Shown here: in pieces, positions 26,822 to 39,465 of the stretch
Numbering within the stretch: position 1 is the first letter of the stretch
Layout: each line of letters begins with the position of its first letter
Origin: Octopus sinensis
Lineage: Eukaryota
Direction: 5' to 3'
DNA: 64,000 nt
Assembly (NCBI RefSeq): GCF_006345805.1
Contig: NC_043018.1
Coordinates: 14,198,001 to 14,262,000 of the forward strand
The notes under the pieces: generated by a model
Databases searched by the model: none
The model's input: the letters and a program-made list of their open reading frames with translations, nothing else
Told to the model about the DNA's origin: nothing
Program-made: the position numbers and the translations under genes

Positions 26822-29800
26822 CTATCTTTTTTTCTTCTTCTTTCAAATTTGCTTCCATTTCTTGCCGAGTGTCTTCCCGACTCCTAGGGCAAAGAAACAC
26901 ATAGTATACATTGGTAGGCCATTAACTAAACTCACTTGTCCGTTCATTTTTTTTAAAGTTTAATTAAAATACATGGGTAGTAATAGTTCTCACATCGACA
27001 ATGCTCTTCTCAATACGTGTGATGTACCAGTTAAGACAATCTTTTGCACTTCTTGCAGGGATGGTAAGCCAGGGATCATTCTCATATAATTTTCGGTTCC
27101 CTTCTTGATCATTCCTAGTGCTCCAACGATCACTGGTATTGTAACCGCCTTGAGATGCCACATTTTCTCAATTTCAATGAGCAGGTCTTTATATTTTCTG
27201 AGCTTCTCAAACTCTTTCGCCGAGATATTATGATCACAGGGGATGCTCATGTTGATCAATAAGCAAACTTAATTGTTTTGGTCTTTCACAATATCCGGTT
27301 TATTGGCTTTGATGGTTCGGTCTGTATGTACTGGAAAGTCCCACATAATCGTTACATTTTCTCCTTCAGTTACAGCTTCAAGGTGGTGATTATACCACTT
27401 GTCGGCAGTTTTGATATTGTAATGCCGACTTATTAGCTAGTGTAGATATTGGCCAACTCTGTCATGTCTTAATTTATACTCCACTGGTGCTAAGACCTTA
27501 CATCCAGAGAACCTTACATCCAGAGATTAGGTGGTCCACTGTTTCAATCATGTCTTTGCAGAATCGGCATTTTGGGTCTGCTCCATTTTTCATCACATTG
27601 GCCTGGTAGTTCCGGGTTAATAGGCTTTGATCTTGAGCAGCCAGGATGAAACCTTCACTCTCTGCTTTTAGCCCTGAGCTCCGTAGCCACTGATGGGTTT
27701 GCTTCTGGTCAACATCAGCTTGTTTGCTGCGGGTCACATATTTGCCGTGCAGAGGTTTCTCCTCCCACCTATCAGCCAATTGCTCGTGCGCTTTTTTCGT
27801 TGCCATTATTTTCACCTTCTTTGCAACAATAGTTGCCGTACTTCCCTCGGGTTGTTCAGTTTGGGTATCCTGCACGAAATCAATAGCAATTTTTTTGCTT
27901 TCCTTTATGATAGAATGAAGCTTCTTTCGTCTCTCGTGATTTTCCACGAGCTTTAGCATCCAGTCATTCGTTATTTCAAGATATTTGGCCAGTCCAATTG
28001 TGGTTGTTTTGTAAGCTAGTTCAAATTGGATCAGGCTTCGACCTCCTTGGGCTCTGGGGAGGTAAAGGCGATCTAGGTCTGCCTTTGGGTGGTGCATCCT
28101 ATTACAACTCAGCAGCTTGCGTATTTTCCTATCTATATTCTTTACTTCACTCATATTCCAGTTCAACACATTGTAGCTATAAGTAACAACTGGAACTGCT
28201 AAGGAATTTATAGCTCACACCTTGTTACGTGCATTTAGGTCATATTTCAGGACTGCACGAACTCTCCTATAACATTCCTTCCTGATCTTCTCTTTCATGC
28301 TTGCATGCTGAATACCAGAGCTTTCATTTATCCCTAAATATTTGTATGTTTGTTCTTGCTCAAGCTCTCTTATGACTGTGTCAACATCTAGCACGACTGA
28401 ATTTGTGGTCTTCACTTTCCCTTTCTGGAAAGTGGCCTTGGCACACTTCTCAAGTCCAAACTCCAAACCGATGTCATCGCTGAATGCTTTCACAGTGCGC
28501 AATATGCCTTCAAGTTCATTATTGTCTTTACCATAGAGTTTTAAGTCATCCATATAAAATAGATGGCTTATTTTATTATTGACAATTTTATACCCATACC
28601 CTGTTCTGTTTAATTCACTTGTAAGGGGTATTAGGGCTATGCAGAATATTAGAGGTGAAAGTGAGTCACCTTGAAAAATGCCACAGTTGATGTTTATATT
28701 ATGTGAGGCAAGTACTCCATTAGAGTGGTATAATTGGAGATTCGTATTCCACAACGACATATTGTGCTTCAGGAAGCTTGAAATCACAGGGGAAATTTTG
28801 AAGATGTCCAGCGATCTCAAGTTCCACGAATGCGGTATACTGTCGAAGGCCTTTTTTATAGTCATTCCATGCGGAGCTGAGATTTCTGCGCTTGTTGTGA
28901 CAGTTCTCAAGGATCATACGATTAATTAGCAGTTGATCTTTGCATCCGTATGAGCCTCGGCGGCACCCTTTTTGTTCAATGGGGAAAATATCGTTCTTCT
29001 CCATGAATGCATATGTTTTCTCCGCCAGGATAGATGTTAGGATTTTATACGTGGTGGATAAACAGGTTATAGGCCGATAGTTTTTTGGAAGTTTGCTTTC
29101 GTTATTCTTGGGAGTAGGTAAGTAATACCACTTGCTAACCATTCAGGTGTTTTCTTTGGGTCTCTCATAATTCCATTGAGCAGCTGAACTAGCTTACCGT
29201 GTGCGCATGGGAGCGATGCGAGCCAGAAATTCGGCACCTTATCTTTACCGGGGGATTTCTAATTATGGGCCTTCGTGAGTGCCTTTCTTAGGTCTGCTAT
29301 TGTGATGTCTTCCCATGCTTGTTGTAAATTTTGGTAGGACCCTTCTGTTTGTATAATCCAGTCTGCATTTATGTTGTACGTCTTCTCGTCACTCCAAATC
29401 CTTTTCCAAAAGTTTTGAACTTCTTCCATGGGAGGGGGGTCTTTAACGGTTACTTTCTCCTTCCCTATTTCTCTGTAGAATTTTTTGGCATTGGATGTGA
29501 ACAGCTTATTTTGCTTGTAAAACTTGTTTCTCTTCTCAAATCTTCGTATTCTTTGGGCTTTTGCTTGGACTTTTTGTTTCAGCGTTTCTTTTATTGATAT
29601 CAGTTCTTCTCTTGATGAGGATCCAAATTTTCTCTTCATCTTTCTTCCTGTTCTGGATCTTACATCATTTCCACATATTAGTTCGTTTAATATTGATATT
29701 TCCCCTCTCATAATTCAATCTCTTTTTCAATTTTACTTCTCCAGGTTTAATTTCTTCCCAGGTTTGGTTTTCTTTGTTTCTTCGGGGGCATACAGCTGGT

Positions 29801-29920
29801 TTCAATTGCCCTAGCAGAAGCGTGAATAATTTCATTTAACTCAGTAAAATCAGGTTTTAATTCTTGTATTATTTCATTTGTTACATAGTTGCCAATTTTG
29901 ATTTGTTTTTATTTTGGTTT
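26822..29920 (-). mobile_element. R4/Dong-like (RLE) non-LTR retrotransposon, 5'-truncated and disabled
   Basis: RT (YRPITCL, QKGCRRGSYGCKDQLLIN, GIFQGDSLSPL, YMDDLKLY), CCHC knuckle (CRFC...HLISGC) and RLE-type C-terminus (KYKDL). Bounded by (TAA)n arrays. Confidence 0.88.
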
Positions 29921-29984
29921 GTATTTTGAGAGTTTATGAAGTGGTTATTATTATTATTATTATCATTATTATTATTATCATTAA

Positions 29985-30022
<38 letters not shown>

Positions 30023-30074
30023 TATTATTATTATTATTATTGTTATTATTATTATTATTATTATTATTCAGTAG

Positions 30075-30645
30075 TTTTATTTTTATAGCGTGCTTTCACT
30101 TCACTACCGAGTGCAGCTCTGTGTGCCTTGGGTATGTGCTGTGATTTGTTGTGATGCTCTGATGGTTATTGTATGGAAAGTGTTCTGCGTAGGATGTGTG
30201 CAGTGCCTAGTAGTGCCATTTTCTGTATGTTATATGTGTTTGTAAGTCCTGGTGTTTTTGTTATGTATTTGTCTGAATATTTTTTTATCATGCCTAATGC
30301 ACCTACTATGATAGGAATTGTTTCTGTTTTCAGGTTCCACATTCTAGTTACCTCTATTTCCAGGTCTTTGTATTTTGAGAGTTTCTCCATTTCTTTTAGA
30401 GACACGTTGTCATCTGCCGGTATTGATACATCAATTAGAAAGCATTTTTTTTCTTCATGATCTCTGACAACTATATCTGGTCTGTTGGCCTTAATTTCTC
30501 TATCTGTGTGTATCGGCATATCCCAGAGTATGGTTGCTTTCTCGTTTTCTGTGACCTTTTCTGGTGTGTGCCTATACCATCTTTTTGCTGTTGTTATTCC
30601 ATAATGTTGGCATAGCTTCCAATGTATGTAGGTTCCAACTTTGGA
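30075..30645 (-). mobile_element. 3' end of a second R4/Dong-like family (mirror at about 61780-62355, +)
   Basis: RLE motifs NRPDIVV...IDVSIP...EKLSKYKDL. Embedded between (TAA)n arrays. Confidence 0.85.
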
Positions 30646-30649
30646 TTTT

Positions 30650-30664
30650 TTATTATTATTATTA

Positions 30665-30709
<45 letters not shown>

Positions 30710-30808
30710 CATTATTATTATTATTATTTTATTATTATTATGATTATTATTATTATGATTATTATTATTATTATCATATTATTATTATTATTATTATTAT
30801 TATAATTA

Positions 30809-30844
<36 letters not shown>

Positions 30845-30959
30845 TATTATTATTATCATCATTATTATTATTATCATTAATATTATTATTATTATTATTA
30901 TATTATTATTATTATTATTATTATTATCAATATTATCATTATTATTATTATTATTATTA

Positions 30960-31008
<49 letters not shown>

Positions 31009-31009
31009 G

Positions 31010-31060
<51 letters not shown>

Positions 31061-31173
31061 ATTATTATTATTATCATTATATTATTATTATTATTATTAT
31101 GATTATTATTATTATGATTATTATTATTATTATTATTATTATTTTATTATTATTATCATTATTATTATTATTA

Positions 31174-31225
<52 letters not shown>

Positions 31226-31289
31226 CATTATTATTATTATTATTTTATTATTATTATGATTATTATTATTATGATTATTATTATTATTA

Positions 31290-31322
<33 letters not shown>

Positions 31323-31335
31323 TATTATTATTACG
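30650..31335. repeat. Imperfect (ATT)n array (mirror about 61095-61778)
   Basis: Direct inspection. The interruption pattern is largely shared between arms. Confidence 0.95.
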
Positions 31336-31928
31336 TTTATATATATGTGGTGCAAGATTTTTATGTGATATCATGTGTTGAAACAGATATTGTTGCATTT
31401 CGAAATGGTCATTTTGCCCGATCGAATAATAAAAACACACGCACTATATATTTGGTGTTACTTTGCTTCAGTGTTATTTATTTTTTACCTTAAACTTAGT
31501 CTTATTTCGGCCAGAGTTCTTTCGTCACACTCCTGTGACCGCATCAGTGGTCCGTTGCTTTCTTCTTTCTTATTGTGTGTCTCTCCTTACTAACGGTCAG
31601 CCATTTTGTATTTCTATTGTCCGTGTCTTCATTTGCGCATGCGTATATCCCTATGTGCGTCTATGCTTAGTTAGTGTGTGTGTGGGGGCGATGCCTGTAA
31701 TATTTGTATCTTCTGTTTATATATTGGCGTGTAAAAATGCAACATATAAGCATTATCGTGTTTCAATTCAAAATTTTGACGTCTCCCAAGACGAACGTTG
31801 GCGTAACTTGGGACATAAATTTGATATAGCTTCTAATGATGTTTTCTATTCACTATTTCACACAGCTGTTGCGTAACAAGAGTTTGTAAATATTGAATCA
31901 AATCGTATAAATCATGCTGTTGCTATAT

Positions 31929-32096
<168 letters not shown>

Positions 32097-32130
32097 TTAT
32101 TTATATTGTTCTTAATTTTAATTTTAACTT

Positions 32131-32162
<32 letters not shown>

Positions 32163-32216
32163 CATACGTATATATATAATATTTGTATGTATGTATGGAT
32201 GGATGTATATGTATAT

Positions 32217-32267
<51 letters not shown>

Positions 32268-32542
32268 GTATACATATATATATATATATATACATGTACA
32301 TCCATCTATCCAATGATCCATCCATCCATCCATACATACATACATACATACATACATACATACATACATACATACATACAAACTTGTCTTCAGCTCTTGG
32401 TGGGCCAAATCGGATATGTAATCTATGTGAGTGTCTTTTCAAAACATTGTCTGGGTGAAAAAGCCACATCAGATGCTATGATGGTTTTAAGGTGCATAAA
32501 GAGTAGACACACACAGACACATACACAAACGTATATGTATAC

Positions 32543-32602
<60 letters not shown>

Positions 32603-32645
32603 GTGTATCTTTAAATGAATGCGCGAGCGCGGATATGTGTGTAAA

Positions 32646-32829
32646 TATAAAAAGAAAAAGGAAAGGAGTGCAAATTCAGAAAAACCAAAGGAAACGACAG
32701 CTGGAGCAAGCAAAGTTTGAAGCTGTTCACTGAATAACTAACACTACACAACCATCATCAACCAGTTTCAACTTTGCACCTGAGAAAGTCTACTGAGCTC
32801 TTTGTATAAATACCGTTGGAATCTAACAA
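32646..32829 (+). promoter_or_regulatory. Candidate TATA box, Inr and non-coding first exon of gene A (mirrored near 59755-59940 for B)
   Basis: TATAAAA at 32646, TCAG with the A at 32678 (32 nt spacing), donor-like aa|gtatgt at 32830. The acceptor just before the ATG exon implies an upstream UTR exon. Confidence 0.35.
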
Positions 32830-33701
32830 GTATGTAAACATTTAAATTATTCATTGTGGCTGTATGTGATTAAGTAATAGCAATAGACAGAGTATGTTAT
32901 GGCAATGATGATGGTGGTAGTGGTAGAGCTTAAGCCGTTTGTAATTGCCGTATGTGTACCAATGCATAACATTCCTCTGGTATAAGCTGTATACCTGGAG
33001 TACCTGTTCATCGATTTCTTTGCCTAGTTCTTCCTTGCCGAGATTAGTAGCTGAATAGATAAAAGAAATTAGAGAGGCCGTTAATTAAAACTCATACGTA
33101 ATATTATGCTCTTTCAGATAGTGTTGTATTTCAGAAAAGGTCGATTGCGTAAGTTTGTGTGTACGGATGGATCAAATGACACATGTGTTTAACAGCAAAC
33201 AATTATGTTTACTCAGGTATGGTGTTAGATACTGCAGGTGCAACACGTTAATCAAATATGCAGTGAAATGTGCAGCAAAGCCTGATTTTGGTTATAGAAA
33301 ATAGAGAAAAAATACTTTTGACTGTGTACATTTCACAAAGAACATTCTGTCAGATACAAAGTGACACCTTACATATTTGTTTGCAACAGAAATAATAATA
33401 ATATAGAAGTCAGAAAACCTTGAAGTAAGAACATTCATTCAGTGTTAACAGTATGGAGAATGTTTACGGACAAACGCTTCGAAGGCGTCATCTTCATCAA
33501 AATATATACTTAGATTCGTATTTTTGGTGCAATTAAATTAGCTATATTACTAATTGTTTAAATGGTAAATCTTGGATTTTCAGAACAGCTAAAAGATAAT
33601 TGTTACCTAAACTTCAGCTGTAGACTTCTGCTTCTTGTAAGAAAAAAATGCTTTTCTATTAATGACTCTCACTGCTATATTTGTCTATCATTAGGTGCGT
33701 G

Positions 33702-33765
33702 ATGAAAGGCATCAGTGTCCTATTGTTTTGTGTATTCATTTCATACACCTTCTCGGTTAAACAAA
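33702..33765 (+). CDS. Cys-rich secreted peptide gene A, coding exon 1 (signal peptide MKGISVLLFCVFISYTFSVKQ)
   Basis: Acceptor ttag|gtgcgtgATG at 33694/5. ATG at 33702, then 21 codons + 1 nt, then donor a|gtaagt at 33766 (phase 1). Basic N-terminus, hydrophobic core and small-residue cleavage region (TFS|VK). Confidence 0.85.
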
Positions 33766-34412
33766 GTAAGTATAATTGTAAATTTCTTTTATTTTATAAT
33801 AATGTGAAATGTAGTGGGGAAAAAAGGGGGAAAATAGAAAGGTGGAAAAGAGGAAAATGAATAACGCTACCTCAGCGGTCTTTCGGTTATACTCCATTTA
33901 TATGTTTTAACAGCTTTCAAATAAATAACTCACTTTTTATATACACTACTCTTAGACCGAGTATACGGATTTACGCTTCTTCTATATAATATATGACATT
34001 TAATTAACAATATAACTGACGAATCTTTTATATACAAATCGAGAAGAATTCTAGTGGTGTGCTCTCATCTGTTACTCCTGTATTTGATCAGAACGTAAGC
34101 ACGAACGCAATTCCTCTAAGCATATTTTGTCGAGCTAACGATTCTTTTCACACACGCCGCTGCTTTTAGAATTCTTCATTATTAAAATAATTAAGGGAAG
34201 AGAATCAGCAAATGATGTATATTATGTTTCATGTGTTGTTTTGTTTGTTTTCCTGCCATTCCTTTTTATTGCTCTTTATTGGTTTTTATCTCCTTTTATG
34301 TATTAAAAACATCCATCACTACAGAGATGAGCCATATTTAAGTGTATGAGTGAGGAAATTCGAGTTCCGGTCGTCATGATCCTCCATCTTGTTTCAGATG
34401 GTGTTACCATAA

Positions 34413-34619
34413 ATACATTCTCCTCTATTCAATGAATTATACATTATCCTCCATTTGATACATTCTCCTCTATTCAATGAATTATACATTATCCTCCATT
34501 TGATACATTCTCCTCTATTCAATGAATTATACATTATCCTCCATTTGATACATTCTCCTCTATTCAATGAATTATACATTATCCTCCATTTGATACATTC
34601 TCCTCTATTCAATGAATTA
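34413..34619. repeat. 45-bp minisatellite, about 4.6 perfect units (mirror 57964-58170)
   Basis: Unit atacattctcctctattcaatgaattatacattatcctccatttg. Confidence 0.95.
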
Positions 34620-34716
34620 CCTGTTGAGTGCTTCATGGGTATTTTGTGTATTTCCACACGAAATATCGGTAAATGGATATTTACTTCTTCCATATATATT
34701 TTAATATCTCTTTTAG

Positions 34717-34765
34717 ATGTCGCTCCCTTCCATCAAGAGATAGGTTTCAGGAGAGTAAATATGAG
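34717..34765 (+). CDS. Gene A coding exon 2 (pro-region (N)VAPFHQEIGFRRVNM(S))
   Basis: Pyrimidine tract ctcttttag|at at the start and ag|gtaaga at the end. The 49 nt exon runs phase 1 to phase 2, exactly bridging exons 1 and 3 in frame. Confidence 0.85.
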
Positions 34766-34809
34766 GTAAGAACAACATATGTACGTCTCATGCAAATGTA
34801 ATTAATTTA

Positions 34810-35176
34810 GTATTGGCAAGATAAGAAAATTCATTTTCGGCACTTGATGCTTTGGGAATCAGACAAAAATTGCTGCAGCTCGGCTGCGTATTCACTAGAT
34901 ATTGCTCCTTCGGATTTTCACTTATTTCTGTCCCTGCAGAATAGTCTTAATGGTAAAAATTTCAATTCCTTGGGTGACGTAAAAGGATACCTTGATGAAT
35001 TCTTTGCCATGAAACCACTTCAATTCTGGGAAGAGGGTATTTTCAAGTTAAATGATAGATGGAGATCATTGTGAAACAAAATGGTTCATATTTGGTTGAT
35101 TAAAAATGTAATGGGCAAGTATTTATTGACCTTTTTCTTTCCTTTAAAAGTCGGCACGAACATTCCGCACAACCCA
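34810..35176 (+). mobile_element. Same mariner derivative in intron 2 of gene A (mirror about 57408-57773)
   Basis: DIAPSDFHLFLSLQNSLNGK...EEGIFKL motif. 3' TIR gtcggcacgaacattccgcacaacccaa. Confidence 0.8.
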
Positions 35177-35399
35177 ACAGAAGCTGAAGCGTTGCAACAG
35201 TTGTCCAGTGTTACCATCCTCCTCTTTGGTTCCCAAAGAGATATTCATGCGAGCAAGACCGGAGATCTCTATGACAGTTTTTTCATTTTCTTGCCTGCTT
35301 CAAGTTATGTTATCCGACCGGTTATTTTTACATTGACAGATATTCTGATGTTAATATTCCACCAGCATTCGTTTCGTTGATGTCTATGTATGTATGTAA

Positions 35400-35850
35400 C
35401 AACAGGATTTCACTATATACATTCCAGGACAATCTTCCTACCGGAATGGCATTGTTTCTCTTGTGTTGGACACAACGTCGTGTCGCATAGGGCGGTAGTA
35501 CCTTGATATTTTTTGGTAGCTGTTGATCCTATGTGTGATGTCTTCAAAAGTAATAGGATATAATGGGGGAATAGAATGTCCACAATCAAGCGACACTGTT
35601 GCAAGTTTCCAACGGTTTTTCTTTCGTTCACTTCAAACAGTTGAGGTTTGTTTCTGAAAATCTGTTCCGGCCATCCCCACACTCGCTTCTTTTCACCTTC
35701 CTGTTCATCAGTCATCATGTCGTTGGACTCGAAATGGTAGTGAAGGAATGTGGCAGCATTCAGTTTGTGCATAATGTTTGCGCAAGAAATGAGTTAATAG
35801 CTTTCTGTAAACTCTGTGCTTTCATTCTGGGCTGCCGGCTTCGTTGTGTG
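35400..35850 (-). pseudogene. Highly degenerate R4/Dong-like relic (mirror about 56735-57185)
   Basis: EDITHRINSYQKISRYYRPMRHDVV resembles the knuckle-RHD region. Confidence 0.4.
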
Positions 35851-36559
35851 TCAATGTGACCTTCCACACACACACACACATACATAGGTGCAGGTGTGGC
35901 TGTGTGGTAACAAACTTGGTTCCAAAACACATGGTCCTCAGTTCAGTCCCACTGTGTGGTAACTTGGCATGTGTCTTCTGCTATAGCCTCAGACCAACCA
36001 AAGCCTTGTCAGTGGATTTTGTAGACAGAAACTGAAAGAAATGAATTGTATATATATATGTATATATAAATGTAAGTCTATGAGTGTGTCTTTGCGTTTC
36101 TCCCTCATCACTGATTCACAACTAGTGTTGGTTTATTTAAATCCCCATAACTTACTGGTGTCAGAAGAAACTGATAGAATAAGTACCAGGAATATCAAAA
36201 TAAAAAAACCGACTATGCAGTGTCTCATATTTTTGTTTGCCCAGTTGTATCTACCAATTTATCTTTGTGTGTGTGTGTGTGTATGTATGTATATATATGG
36301 ATTTCGTAGACAGGAACTGAAACAAATCAATCTTATATATATGTATGTATATATGTAAGTGTATGTGTCTGTCTTTGTCTCTGTGTTTCACCCTCATCAC
36401 TGCTTCACAACTGCTGTTCATTTATTTACATCCCTATAACTTATTGGTTTCACAAGAACAAACTAATAGGATAAGTACCAGGCTTATCAACATAAAAAAG
36501 CACTAGGCTGTGTCTCATATTTTTGTTTGCGCACTCAGTTGTATCTATCAATTTATCTT

Positions 36560-36608
<49 letters not shown>

Positions 36609-37879
36609 CACCCTAATGGCGGCCTTAACTCCCAAATTTTAGTCATGTCTTTTATGATCCAAAACTAGGTCAAAAGTACTGAATGGATATTTATGAAATT
36701 TGGATATTATATTCTATGCATAAGGGCCATAACCCCCATGATAATTCATATATTTTTGCTGTTGATAAAATTTTAACCGTAGATATTAGACACAACTGAA
36801 GTAATTTTTAAAAAATTTCATCTTCTTACAAGTTAGAAAGACCCCTCCATGGGGACTTTTGTCATTTTATCTAAGCAAAAACGAATACAGTTGTGCTCTT
36901 AGAAGCTGTATGGTTACCAGAGCATAAAAGATGAGCATTATTAGTAATTCAATGGTGCAAAAGTTTAACAGTTTGCTTTCACATACACTTACATCGTGAT
37001 TTCTGCAATGTGCTGCATAAATTGTCAAGTAAATGACAGGCATCTTTGCCTCCACTGATTCAGTTGCAAAGTGTTGAGTAAAGTTATTTGATTGCAGACC
37101 TCCTTTCAGTCATTTTATTACCACTGGGTCACACATAGTCCCCAGATGGTAACACTGATTTCAAGGCCATCCCAGATGAGTGACTTGTTATTCAGAGACA
37201 TTTATAGATTGCAAATTTATTCTGCCCAGTTACGTATCAGTGTAGTGGTCATTTGCAAACTCCAGAGGTGACATTTTCATTTCTCCTTAGCCCTCACGTC
37301 ACACTGTTGTTAATGTTTATTTCAGTTGGGTCACGCCCTTCCAATTGCTATAGATCCATAATGCATCTAACGGCTGTGCCTGTCACCTGGATGGTGAGAA
37401 AGCCTACTTTGGAAGTGGTAACGACTAGGGTAGGGTAGCTGATGCTTATTGTGATCATTCGTCTTTTCGTTTCCTGTAGCTTTACTGTCTTTTACAAACC
37501 CAGTGAACATATATTTCCTATTTCAAAGAAATTCAAACAATAGATATAAGACCCAAGTTAAAAAGATTCTCAACAATGCAACTTCTCTGCCTGACATTAA
37601 GACACCCACGCCCAACAGGGGCCTTAACTCTCACATTTTAGAGATCCATGATCTTCATTTTTCAGGAGCAAAATCCTTTTAACAGATTCGATAAGACTGG
37701 AATTTTGGAATATGCGCATAAAAATCAGTAGTATGGGAGACATGTAGCACGATTACAATTTTTTTAGGGTGTGTAAAGAGGGAAAGAACGCTCATCTGCA
37801 ATTTTGAAGAAATTCGAATCATAGGTATTCCAGTTCATTACAGAAAATATAACAGAAAAGTCTAATTCTTCAATTGCAT

Positions 37880-37912
37880 GTAACATGGGCAACGCCGGGT
37901 ATCTCTGCTAGT
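37880..37912 (+). mobile_element. Helitron-type 3' terminus in intron 2 (mirror about 54672-54703)
   Basis: gggcaacgccgggtatctctgCTAGt. Confidence 0.5.
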
Positions 37913-37954
37913 TTAATAATATTTTGTATTCTCTACTATATTTTGTATTTACAG

Positions 37955-38168
37955 TGAAATGTTGAAGAGAAGTTCATGTTCAAGAGGTCCATGTGCTGGT
38001 CACGGACCACATAAAAGATGTAGATGCTGCGCCGGTTACAACTGTATGAAACAAAGAGATTATTGCGCGTGTCGTAAAGATATGGCTGGTTCGGTTCACG
38101 TGACCAATAACATTATAGTCCAAACCGTAATCGCTTTTCTGGTTTTTTCTCGTAAATTTACCATCTAA
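37955..38168 (+). CDS. Gene A coding exon 3 (EMLKR|SSCSRGPCAGHGPHKRCRCCAGYNCMKQRDYCACRK plus 29-aa tail). Spliced product is 108 aa
   Basis: Acceptor ttttgtatttacag|t (phase 2). Corresponds to ORF 37959..38168. Dibasic KR followed by an 8-Cys domain, stop TAA. Confidence 0.85.
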
Positions 38169-38289
38169 TTGGCGTGCTGCTCTGGTGAAGTTTGAAGGTA
38201 AACTACAGACGTAAGATTGTTTTTATTGATGGCGGAAATCGATGAGAAGAAATGCAGACAAAACAGCAAAAATACACTCAACAAGATCA

Positions 38290-38925
38290 ACAACATGCTT
38301 CTACTACTTCTATCTTCCTCCACCCCCTCCTCATTCCCTCCACCCTACATCCTCCTCCTCCTCCTTCTCCTTCATCATCCTCATTCCCTCAATTCTTCCC
38401 CCTCCTCCTCTCCTTCCCATTCCTCCTCCCCCTCCTCCTCTTCCTATTTATCCTCCTCCTACACTTCCCCTTCATCCTCCTCATTCCTTCCGCACTTCCT
38501 CCTCCTACTCTCCATCCTCCTCCTCCCCTTCTCCTCTTCCCCTTCATCATCCTCATTCTCACCATTCTTCCCCCTATTCCTCTGCTTCCCCTTCATCCTC
38601 CGCATTCCCTCTACCCTTCATCCTCCTCCTTCTCTTCCTCTTCCTCCTCCTCCTACACTTCCCACTTCCTCCTCCTCCTCCTCCTCCCCACTTCCTCCTT
38701 TCCCCACTTCCTCCTTTCCCCACTTCCTCCTCCTCCCCTCTTCCTCCTCCTCTCCGCTTCCCTCCCCACTTCCTCCTACTCCTCCCCTCTTCCCCTTCAT
38801 CCTCCTCATTCCCTCCACCCTTCATCCTCCTCTTCCTCACAACCTCCTCCTCCCCACTTCCTCCTTTCCCCACTTCCTCCTTTTCCCCCTCTTCATCTCC
38901 TCCCCACTTCTTCCTCCTCTTATCT
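38290..38925. repeat. CT-rich low-complexity tract, arm A only
   Basis: (CCT/CTT) repeats with higher-order units. Confidence 0.95.
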
Positions 38926-39391
38926 AACCAATCGTGAGATCCTATGACAGTAGAAAACAACGAATAAATTTCATGGAACAGTGAAATATAAAACATTAAC
39001 GAGCAGAAGTTTGATTCTGTAATTTATCCTGGAGAGGAATTCACGTGCGTTGCACCAAGAACTGAAAATGGTTGAAAGAGAGAAAATCTGCAAACCATAA
39101 CTTACAACTGTGACTTTTCTTACAAACCCAACTTAATACGACGAATGTATTTAATATCTAATATATTTATGCTATTAATCCGTCAAATTTTAATGAAATT
39201 CCAATGAAATAAAAATATTAAAGCATCGCAAGTACTTGGTGTTTCGTTATTCGCTGTGCTATTTGTTTTTAAGCTATTGAAACGGTAAGAAAATATCAGT
39301 GCTTCGTTCTTCGCTGTGGTGTTGGCCTTTAAGTTATGGATATGGATGTTAAGATTTTACATTGCAAGTCACACAATATTATTGTAAAGAA

Positions 39392-39465
<74 letters not shown>

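Noticed and set aside
34394-34769. Repeat-protein ORFs or a CRISPR-like array
   Set aside because: This is an exact 45-bp tandem repeat with no spacers in an intron. Only the last 49 nt (exon 2) have splice support.
38217-38996. 231-236 aa Pro/Ser-rich ORFs
   Set aside because: They are open in all three frames because of a stop-free CT-rich tract, and they are absent from arm B.
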